64,000 bases of DNA from Bdellovibrionales bacterium. GTDB lineage: Bacteria > Bdellovibrionota > Bdellovibrionia > Bdellovibrionales > UBA1609. Positions 8,595 through 16,778 of this stretch are shown here, piece after piece. A program made the translations under genes and the position numbers. The stretch spans positions 1,716,580-1,780,579 of the forward strand of contig OZ241877.1 of assembly GCA_965203095.1 (NCBI GenBank), written 5' to 3'. The number at the start of each line of letters is the position of its first letter. Positions within the stretch are counted from its first letter, which is position 1. The notes beneath the pieces were generated by a model. The model was not told the origin of the DNA. It saw only the letters and a list, made by a program, of their open reading frames with translations, and made no database searches.

Positions 8595-11081
8595 TCAGTT
8601 TTTTATAAAAAAATGCAAAATTTCCTCTTGCACTGTATCTCTTATATCTTTAATTTCCTTTGAGTGGTTATGATTTTCAACTCCCTTTTTCAATATAATC
8701 AGTAGTTCTTCCAAGTATTTTTTCCTTTTATCAGGATTTTTAATGCCTTGTTTTGCCCATTTTAAGCCCTGTGCACCTAAAATATGATAAGGATATGGAT
8801 CTAATTTGCCTCTTTTTTCAATTAGCTGAACAATATTCTCATAAGCCTCTTTTGTCAGCCTGGAAGATTTCTCCAGATTCGGGTTGGAAATAGCCTCTCT
8901 AAAATTCAAATGTTCCATAGACAAAATCACTAAAGGGTCTTCACTATTCAGGCTTTGCGATTGGTTTAAATAATTCCTGGCTAAACTCAGTGAACCATTT
9001 TCCAGTTCAAAACATCCCCTTTGGAGCCAAAAATGATGATCGTTTGTTAAAAGGCCCTCTATTGATTCATACAGCCCCTGAACCACCATAGCCTCAGAGC
9101 TGATTTTGAATAAAAAATCATGATTTATAAGGGTTTTTAAAAGCCTCTTCATCCGTTTTTGCTCTGAGGTTGGTTCTGTGGATTTAATCGCGGCGATATA
9201 GGCCAAACAAGTATAGTAATACATAAGTTGATTTTGTTCAGCCAGCTTTTCAGAGATCTTTTCTGCAATAACCCTATGACGGACTTTTAATCTTTTAGGG
9301 ACAGATTCCACAAGAAGGCCCCGCCGGACCATCTGCTCTATAATATTTAAAATATTGTTGCTTCTGTCTCCTCGCATTCCTAACAAAATATCCTCCCTTA
9401 AAAGATAATGATTTCTGGATGTGGCTACAGCTATTAGACAATACACTTGCTTTGAGACTCCTTCTAAATCCTCAAACTCCTCACATATCTTATCTGTAAA
9501 GTTTTTGCCTGATGTGACCTCTATCATAGCCACAATTAACTGCCTATCTAATTTGTTTTTAAAAACAGTAACTCGTTCCTCTCTGCTTTTCCCCTTCAGA
9601 CTTCCTAAAAGGTTTTTGTTTTCAAGTAAATCAAGAATTTTACTTATTTCATCATCGGTCAGTCGGTATGTGGAAAACTCCTCAAATGGGATAGACTCAT
9701 CAAACAAAGAGCTGTTGAAAAGGCGGTCGGCTTTGCCACTCCTCACAGCTAAAAAGATGGATTTTAAATTGCTTTTCAATGCCAGCTTTGAAATGGTTTG
9801 AGAAATTGAAGAACCGTATATATCTGGCGTGTCTATAAACAAATATTCCATGTCTTCCGAATTTTCCACAAGATTAAAAATTTTATGGGGAGCTATGTTT
9901 GAGTCTCTGTCAATCCACCCGACAGTTTTGCCTTTATTTGTTATTTGAACAGCCATTCTCATAGCAACAGAGGTTTTCCCGTCTCCGGCTGTTCCTGTGA
10001 AGGCAAAAACAGGAGCAGGTTTTTGGCTACTTCTGTTTTTTATTTTATTGGTTATTTTATTCATCCATTCACTTTCTTTGTCTCTTTCAACTGAATGAGA
10101 ATGTATGTCTTTCCAGGAAGGCTCAGAACCCAGAAGATAGTTTTTAGATGGTCGGCCTTTTTCCATGTTCATTAAATGCGAAACAGTGGGGATAGAGTTT
10201 GGATCGGATTCTTTTGAAAACTGTTTTATCTTTATAAGTCCTTTTTGAGATTCTGCCTTAAGAGGATTGAGAAAGTGTGTGCAAAATTCTTTTCGGGTTT
10301 GAGGAATCCATGTGATGTTATACCCTCTCAGTAGCTCTTGGCGGACAGATGAAAGCTCAGGAATCACAAGAAGAGAGTTGGGACGCAACTCCCCAAAGTC
10401 CCTTATAGATCCTTTTAATTTTCTCAAGTGGATATAGTGCCAAAACAGCTCTTCGTCTAATTGACTTCCAAGAAACAAAAAAGGATACTGAAGAATTTCC
10501 GAAGACAAAATATTATAACAGGAATCTGAAAAGCTTTTTTCAAAATACTGTTCATGGGAAAAAGTCACATGATCAGGAATATCCTCCAGCATTCCATGAA
10601 GGTGAATGACTATAAGGTCTTTAGGGGACTGGGCATGTAGAGGTTGACCCGCCATCTTGCCAGAATGGCAAACAATTCTTCGCTCAAAATTAAATTTTGC
10701 CTGAGCGACATCGTATAGGTTGTCGATATTGACTGTGTATGCTTTATGCCAAGGTTGACCGATGATTGTTTTATATTCACTGTCAAGAGAGCATGGGGTT
10801 GCTGTTAATCGCTCTTTTAAGTGTTTGATGACTTCTCTTTTGTTTTTTTGAATGGCTACTTGAAAAATATCTTTTAGAGACTCCTTAGGGGAGTATTTTA
10901 AATCTATCAGGTTGCACAGCTCTTTAGCCAGATCCTTGGACAGAGGCAAATTTTTGCCGTTTTTGTCTTTTGCATCTGATGAAAAACCAGCTCCTGTAAA
11001 AAGAATTATTCCTCCCTCTGAAAGCTTGTTTCCAAGGTATTCCTTGATTCTTTTTTCTTCTTTTGGTTGTATACTGGACAT
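8595..11081 (-). CDS. SIR2-like NADase fused to a STAND-type P-loop NTPase and helical/TPR-like C-terminus (Avs-like anti-phage protein)
   Basis: SIR2_2 motifs LFTGAGFS, YTVNIDNL, IHLHG and FLFLGSQL; Walker A GTAGDGKT; RHRVIAE; TPR-like HFWLQRGCFE...ARNYLNQSQSL. Confidence 0.85.
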   Translation of the reverse strand: MSSIQPKEEKRIKEYLGNKLSEGGIILFTGAGFSSDAKDKNGKNLPLSKDLAKELCNLIDLKYSPKESLKDIFQVAIQKNKREVIKHLKERLTATPCSLDSEYKTIIGQPWHKAYTVNIDNLYDVAQAKFNFERRIVCHSGKMAGQPLHAQSPKDLIVIHLHGMLEDIPDHVTFSHEQYFEKSFSDSCYNILSSEILQYPFLFLGSQLDEELFWHYIHLRKLKGSIRDFGELRPNSLLVIPELSSVRQELLRGYNITWIPQTRKEFCTHFLNPLKAESQKGLIKIKQFSKESDPNSIPTVSHLMNMEKGRPSKNYLLGSEPSWKDIHSHSVERDKESEWMNKITNKIKNRSSQKPAPVFAFTGTAGDGKTSVAMRMAVQITNKGKTVGWIDRDSNIAPHKIFNLVENSEDMEYLFIDTPDIYGSSISQTISKLALKSNLKSIFLAVRSGKADRLFNSSLFDESIPFEEFSTYRLTDDEISKILDLLENKNLLGSLKGKSREERVTVFKNKLDRQLIVAMIEVTSGKNFTDKICEEFEDLEGVSKQVYCLIAVATSRNHYLLREDILLGMRGDRSNNILNIIEQMVRRGLLVESVPKRLKVRHRVIAEKISEKLAEQNQLMYYYTCLAYIAAIKSTEPTSEQKRMKRLLKTLINHDFLFKISSEAMVVQGLYESIEGLLTNDHHFWLQRGCFELENGSLSLARNYLNQSQSLNSEDPLVILSMEHLNFREAISNPNLEKSSRLTKEAYENIVQLIEKRGKLDPYPYHILGAQGLKWAKQGIKNPDKRKKYLEELLIILKKGVENHNHSKEIKDIRDTVQEEILHFFIKN

Positions 11082-11255
11082 TTTAAGCTCCCTACCTATT
11101 ATTTTTTGGTTCAGGCCCTTCTCAGCCTATGCCTCCATGTTTTGTTATATTATATCCTTTTGTCAAGTGTTTTTTTAGAGGTAGGTTTTGTTTACAGGAT
11201 TTTGTGTCGGCTTTGGTTGGAGTTTAAAAAAATGATCAGGTCTTAAAGGATTTTT

Positions 11256-12986
11256 TTAGAGTTGAGGGAGTAGATCTTTCAGTTGGTTTTTGAGTGCTGA
11301 CAGAGGGAGCTTTTTTTTGTCTCCGGTTTTTCGAATGCAAACTTCTATTTGTGAGTTTTTTAGATCTCTATCGCCTAAATTGATTCTTAAAGGTAAGCCT
11401 AAAAGGTCGGCATCTTTAAATTTAACACCGGGCCTTTCGGCCCTGTCGTCAATAAAATAATCCAAATGTTGTTGTTCCAATATTTTTATGAGATCTTTTT
11501 TTGCTTTTAAAACCCGATCACTTTCCGGGTCAATAAGGCATATATGAGTAGAAAAAGGAGCTAAACAAAGAGGCCATATTATGCCTTTGTCATCAAAACT
11601 TTGCTCCACAAGGGCTTGAAGAGTCCGAGTCACACCTAAGCCATAACAACCCATCTCCACAAATTTTTTATCGCCATGGGAGTCCAAAAAAGACAGATCC
11701 ATTTTTTTTGAATAAAGATCAGACAGATAAAACAGATGGCCCACCTCAATTCCTCTTTGTTTTTTGAGGGTTGCATCTCCTGCTGGGCTAAGTTCCCCCT
11801 CTCTCACAAGGCAAAAATCCCCATAAGCGGTCACTTTAAAATCTCTTTCCGGATTTATATTTTTGACATGAAAACCCTCCTTATTGGCACCAGTGATAAA
11901 ATTCCCCTGGCTTTTTAAAAAGTGATCGACATAAATGGGAATAGATTTTTTTAAATTCCAAGGGCCACAACTGCCAGGCCCTGCCCCCGCTATCTCTTTA
12001 ACTATTTTGCTATCACAAAGTGTAGGAAGATTTTTTAAACCTAAGCTGAGTTTAACTTTTACAGGATGGACTGAATCCTCCCCAGAGCATAAAACAGCAA
12101 AATAAATGGGTTCTCCCACTTCGTTTAAAACCGAAAAAAACAAAGTTTTAACCAAATCATTTGGTGAGCATTTTAAAAATTGTGCCAGATCCTCTATCCT
12201 GCGAACTCCGGGAGTGGCCAACTCTTCAATGGTTTTAAGTGGGCCTTTAAAAGTTTTGATAGAAGGGGGCCTTCTGGGGCAAACCTCTGCATTGGCTGAA
12301 AAATCTTTTTTTTCAGAAATAAAAACTTCATCTTCGCCCTGTTCTGCCAGAATGTGGAACTCTTGTGAATGAGAACCTCCAATATCGCCAGAATCCGCCT
12401 GAACTACAACAAAGCGAACAGCTATCCTTTGGAATATTTTTTCATAAGCTTGAAACATTTTTTGATAGTTTTTAAGAGCTGACTCTGGTGTGACATCAAA
12501 GCTGTAGCTGTCTTTCATAATAAATTCTCTGGCCCTCAACAAGCCAAAACGAGGGCGAATTTCATCCCGGTATTTTGTCTGTATTTGAAACAGGTTTAAA
12601 GGCAAATCCCTCCAACTCTTTAAGCCCGACTGGACAAAATGTATCACCATCTCCTCATGAGTGGGGCCAAGGCAAAGCTCTTGCCCGGTTCGCCCTTTCA
12701 TTTTAAGAAGAAGGCCCTCAAACTTGTCCCACCGGCCTGTTTTTTCCCAAAGCTCTTTGGTTTGAACCATAGGCATAAGGATCTCCTTAGCTCCTGCGGA
12801 ATGCATTTCCTCACGGATGATTTTTTCTAACTTTTGAATCGATCTCAAAAACAAGCTATTGTATAAATAAATCCCTTGGCTGGTGTTGTAAATATAACCA
12901 GCCCGCAACAGCAAAATATGACCAGGGGTAAAGGCCCCCACGGGTTTTTCTCTTAAAGTTTTTAAATAGATTTCAGACCACTTCAT
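11256..12986 (-). CDS. proS: Prolyl-tRNA synthetase (bacterial type with INS editing domain)
   Basis: LGPTHEE, KYRDEIRPRFGLLRAREFIMKDSYSF, GIEVGHLF, MGCYGLGVTR and RPGVKFKDADLLG. Confidence 0.98.
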   Translation of the reverse strand: MKWSEIYLKTLREKPVGAFTPGHILLLRAGYIYNTSQGIYLYNSLFLRSIQKLEKIIREEMHSAGAKEILMPMVQTKELWEKTGRWDKFEGLLLKMKGRTGQELCLGPTHEEMVIHFVQSGLKSWRDLPLNLFQIQTKYRDEIRPRFGLLRAREFIMKDSYSFDVTPESALKNYQKMFQAYEKIFQRIAVRFVVVQADSGDIGGSHSQEFHILAEQGEDEVFISEKKDFSANAEVCPRRPPSIKTFKGPLKTIEELATPGVRRIEDLAQFLKCSPNDLVKTLFFSVLNEVGEPIYFAVLCSGEDSVHPVKVKLSLGLKNLPTLCDSKIVKEIAGAGPGSCGPWNLKKSIPIYVDHFLKSQGNFITGANKEGFHVKNINPERDFKVTAYGDFCLVREGELSPAGDATLKKQRGIEVGHLFYLSDLYSKKMDLSFLDSHGDKKFVEMGCYGLGVTRTLQALVEQSFDDKGIIWPLCLAPFSTHICLIDPESDRVLKAKKDLIKILEQQHLDYFIDDRAERPGVKFKDADLLGLPLRINLGDRDLKNSQIEVCIRKTGDKKKLPLSALKNQLKDLLPQL

Positions 12987-12995
12987 ATTGATTCA

Positions 12996-13706
12996 CTAAA
13001 AAGGAGGCTGGGATATTTTTTTTATTTTTATGCAATGTTGCCACTCTGCCATTTGGATAAGGCTTTTCATCCCCTCAGCTCCTCTACAAAAACGAGCCTC
13101 CGCTTGCCCTCGATGTTCCAACATAAGCACAGAAAAAACAATCGGTAGGGAGTATTTTTTTTGCAAGTCCCACAAAGCCTCTCGCAAAAAATCACATAAA
13201 AAATCATAATGCCCTGTTTCTCCCTTTATCAGCACACCTAAGGCCAAAATGGCCTTAGCTTTCCCCTCTTCCGCAAGCCACTGGGCCATCATAGGGATCT
13301 CTCCAGCACCAGGGATCCAAACTGGTTCCAGTTCCCACTCCGACATTTCCCGAACAAACTTTCTAAAAGAATTTTTTATGGAATAAGGGCCTGTTGAGTG
13401 TTGAGCCAGACTTCGAATAGGAGAATTTTCGGGATAATGGCTTAAAATAGTTTGTAAATCCACAGAGCTTTCTATTAGGGACAAAATCTCTTTAACCCGG
13501 TGCTGATATTCTTTAAACTCCTGCTCGGCCTGAAGATAGAGCATTTCCACCATGTGTTTATTAAATTCAGGGCAAATAACAAATAGGCTCATACTTTTCC
13601 TTAATTCAGATCGCCACTGGGGAAAACCTTTAGTCTCACTTCCCTTGGGGTTTGAGTTGAAAACAGATTGGCCGGGGCCTTTCCCTATAAAGATTTTTAC
13701 ACCCAT
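12996..13706 (-). CDS. ribH: 6,7-dimethyl-8-ribityllumazine synthase-like protein with an internal insertion (copy 1)
   Basis: EFNKHMVEML, WIPGAGEIP, ALGVLIKGETGHYDF, PIVFSVL and QAEAR..RGAE. Confidence 0.8.
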   Translation of the reverse strand: MGVKIFIGKGPGQSVFNSNPKGSETKGFPQWRSELRKSMSLFVICPEFNKHMVEMLYLQAEQEFKEYQHRVKEILSLIESSVDLQTILSHYPENSPIRSLAQHSTGPYSIKNSFRKFVREMSEWELEPVWIPGAGEIPMMAQWLAEEGKAKAILALGVLIKGETGHYDFLCDFLREALWDLQKKYSLPIVFSVLMLEHRGQAEARFCRGAEGMKSLIQMAEWQHCIKIKKISQPPF

Positions 13707-13746
13707 TTATTGGATATGGCAATACAAAATTCTTAGGCAGGAAGGC

Positions 13747-15183
13747 TCAATGGCTGATTGCAGTAAATATTTGCAAGTGGCCATCGTTTTTTCCCCAAGG
13801 TTTTGGCCGGCCTGTCCTTTTTTTTTGCAGTTCATCTTGTGTGAAAAATTGAATTGAGGAGAAATCTAAAGCCTCTAAACACTTTTGGATTTGTTTTGTG
13901 GTGTAAGAGTAATAGTCCTGCCGGCAAGTTTTTTGGATCATATCAAATCCTCTTTGTTTTTTGAGGGTTGCATCTCCTGCTGGGCTAAGTTCCCCCTCTC
14001 TCACAAGGCAAAAATCCCCATAAGCGGTCACTTTAAAATCTCTTTCCGGATTTATATTTTTGACATGAAAACCCTCCTTATTGGCACCAGTGATAAAATT
14101 CCCCTGGCTTTTTAAAAAGTGATCGACATAAATGGGAATAGATTTTTTTAAATTCCAAGGGCCACAACTGCCAGGCCCTGCCCCCGCTATCTCTTTAACT
14201 ATTTTGCTATCACAAAGTGTAGGAAGATTTTTTAAACCTAAGCTGAGTTTAACTTTTACAGGATGGACTGAATCCTCCCCAGAGCATAAAACAGCAAAAT
14301 AAATGGGTTCTCCCACTTCGTTTAAAACCGAAAAAAACAAAGTTTTAACCAAATCATTTGGTGAGCATTTTAAAAATTGTGCCAGATCCTCTATCCTGCG
14401 AACTCCGGGAGTGGCCAACTCTTCAATGGTTTTAAGTGGGCCTTTAAAAGTTTTGATAGAAGGGGGCCTTCTGGGGCAAACCTCTGCATTGGCTGAAAAA
14501 TCTTTTTTTTCAGAAATAAAAACTTCATCTTCGCCCTGTTCTGCCAGAATGTGGAACTCTTGTGAATGAGAACCTCCAATATCGCCAGAATCCGCCTGAA
14601 CTACAACAAAGCGAACAGCTATCCTTTGGAATATTTTTTCATAAGCTTGAAACATTTTTTGATAGTTTTTAAGAGCTGACTCTGGTGTGACATCAAAGCT
14701 GTAGCTGTCTTTCATAATAAATTCTCTGGCCCTCAACAAGCCAAAACGAGGGCGAATTTCATCCCGGTATTTTGTCTGTATTTGAAACAGGTTTAAAGGC
14801 AAATCCCTCCAACTCTTTAAGCCCGACTGGACAAAATGTATCACCATCTCCTCATGAGTGGGGCCAAGGCAAAGCTCTTGCCCGGTTCGCCCTTTCATTT
14901 TAAGAAGAAGGCCCTCAAACTTGTCCCACCGGCCTGTTTTTTCCCAAAGCTCTTTGGTTTGAACCATAGGCATAAGGATCTCCTTAGCTCCTGCGGAATG
15001 CATTTCCTCACGGATGATTTTTTCTAACTTTTGAATCGATCTCAAAAACAAGCTATTGTATAAATAAATCCCTTGGCTGGTGTTGTAAATATAACCAGCC
15101 CGCAACAGCAAAATATGACCAGGGGTAAAGGCCCCCACGGGTTTTTCTCTTAAAGTTTTTAAATAGATTTCAGACCACTTCAT
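13747..15183 (-). pseudogene. Duplication-junction chimera: ProS residues 1-412 fused in frame to the last 66 aa of the methyltransferase
   Basis: Reads ...ATLKKQRG|FDMIQKTC...AISH. Lacks ProS motif 3 and the anticodon-binding domain. Confidence 0.85.
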
Positions 15184-15192
15184 ATTGATTCA

Positions 15193-15903
15193 CTAAAAAG
15201 GAGGCTGGGATATTTTTTTTATTTTTATGCAATGTTGCCACTCTGCCATTTGGATAAGGCTTTTCATCCCCTCAGCTCCTCTACAAAAACGAGCCTCCGC
15301 TTGCCCTCGATGTTCCAACATAAGCACAGAAAAAACAATCGGTAGGGAGTATTTTTTTTGCAAGTCCCACAAAGCCTCTCGCAAAAAATCACATAAAAAA
15401 TCATAATGCCCTGTTTCTCCCTTTATCAGCACACCTAAGGCCAAAATGGCCTTAGCTTTCCCCTCTTCCGCAAGCCACTGGGCCATCATAGGGATCTCTC
15501 CAGCACCAGGGATCCAAACTGGTTCCAGTTCCCACTCCGACATTTCCCGAACAAACTTTCTAAAAGAATTTTTTATGGAATAAGGGCCTGTTGAGTGTTG
15601 AGCCAGACTTCGAATAGGAGAATTTTCGGGATAATGGCTTAAAATAGTTTGTAAATCCACAGAGCTTTCTATTAGGGACAAAATCTCTTTAACCCGGTGC
15701 TGATATTCTTTAAACTCCTGCTCGGCCTGAAGATAGAGCATTTCCACCATGTGTTTATTAAATTCAGGGCAAATAACAAATAGGCTCATACTTTTCCTTA
15801 ATTCAGATCGCCACTGGGGAAAACCTTTAGTCTCACTTCCCTTGGGGTTTGAGTTGAAAACAGATTGGCCGGGGCCTTTCCCTATAAAGATTTTTACACC
15901 CAT
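15193..15903 (-). CDS. ribH: Lumazine synthase-like protein (copy 2, identical protein)
   Basis: Translation identical to 12996..13706. Confidence 0.8.
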   Translation of the reverse strand: MGVKIFIGKGPGQSVFNSNPKGSETKGFPQWRSELRKSMSLFVICPEFNKHMVEMLYLQAEQEFKEYQHRVKEILSLIESSVDLQTILSHYPENSPIRSLAQHSTGPYSIKNSFRKFVREMSEWELEPVWIPGAGEIPMMAQWLAEEGKAKAILALGVLIKGETGHYDFLCDFLREALWDLQKKYSLPIVFSVLMLEHRGQAEARFCRGAEGMKSLIQMAEWQHCIKIKKISQPPF

Positions 15904-15943
15904 TTATTGGATATGGCAATACAAAATTCTTAGGCAGGAAGGC

Positions 15944-16774
15944 TCAATGGCTGATTGCAGTAAATATTTGCAAGTGGCCATCGTTTTTTCCCCAAGGTTT
16001 TGGCCGGCCTGTCCTTTTTTTTTGCAGTTCATCTTGTGTGAAAAATTGAATTGAGGAGAAATCTAAAGCCTCTAAACACTTTTGGATTTGTTTTGTGGTG
16101 TAAGAGTAATAGTCCTGCCGGCAAGTTTTTTGGATCATATCAAACAGCTCTAAGGAAAGGTCTTGATATATTTTTGAAATCTTTTGCCTTCCCCCATCCA
16201 CTAAAAAATCCCCACAAATAAAAGCATTCGGCAAAATATTTTGTTTTAGGATTTTTAAAGATTCCCAAAATTTTTTAGGAGGAATATAATAAGTGATGCC
16301 CTCAATAATGAGGCCGGAGGGGCAATCCCTCCTCCAGCCTTTTTTTAAAAGCTGTTTGATGAGAATTTTAGGATCTGTGATGTTTGCTCTGTGGTAAAAA
16401 ATAGAAGCTCTGGGAAGGATTTTTTGAGCCAGTTTTTTTTGCAGATCCACCGATTCGCTGTCCACTCCAAAAAATGAGAGGTTAGGGAACTCAGAGCTGA
16501 GTTGAATTAAAACAGGATCCCAACCACAGGCCAGAAAAAGGACTTGTTTATAACCACTTTTTAGCTTTTGCCGGATAAAGTTATGAATGATGAATTTGCG
16601 GTTCCGGATACTCTCATTTATATAAGGTTGAAGGTGTCGGACTTTGTCAGACATTTTTCGCCCCTTTGAAAGATCCAGATGAGACAAAAACTCTTTGGCT
16701 TTTTTATTGGGATAATTTATCCCCCCATCACAAACTAAGACAAAAGAAGAGGTTTCTGAAAGAGGAACATACAT
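15944..16774 (-). CDS. Class I SAM-dependent methyltransferase, leucine-carboxyl-methyltransferase (LCM)-like family
   Basis: QVLFLACGWD (motif I variant), FFGVD and LIIEGITYYIP. Confidence 0.75.
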   Translation of the reverse strand: MYVPLSETSSFVLVCDGGINYPNKKAKEFLSHLDLSKGRKMSDKVRHLQPYINESIRNRKFIIHNFIRQKLKSGYKQVLFLACGWDPVLIQLSSEFPNLSFFGVDSESVDLQKKLAQKILPRASIFYHRANITDPKILIKQLLKKGWRRDCPSGLIIEGITYYIPPKKFWESLKILKQNILPNAFICGDFLVDGGRQKISKIYQDLSLELFDMIQKTCRQDYYSYTTKQIQKCLEALDFSSIQFFTQDELQKKRTGRPKPWGKNDGHLQIFTAISH

Positions 16775-16778
16775 GTTA

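Larger units (their letters stand above)
11751..16144. repeat. Tandem duplication of 2197 bp (copy 1 11751-13947, copy 2 13948-16144)
   Basis: ORF-track products are identical at offset 2197 (12996/15193, 12106/14303, 12639/14836). Junction ATCAAA|TCCTCT at 13947/13948. Confidence 0.95.

Noticed and set aside
5117..11081. Thoeris system formed by the TIR and SIR2 genes
   Set aside because: The SIR2 protein has a STAND NTPase rather than a SLOG or Macro sensor, and the genes are separated by an oppositely oriented gene.
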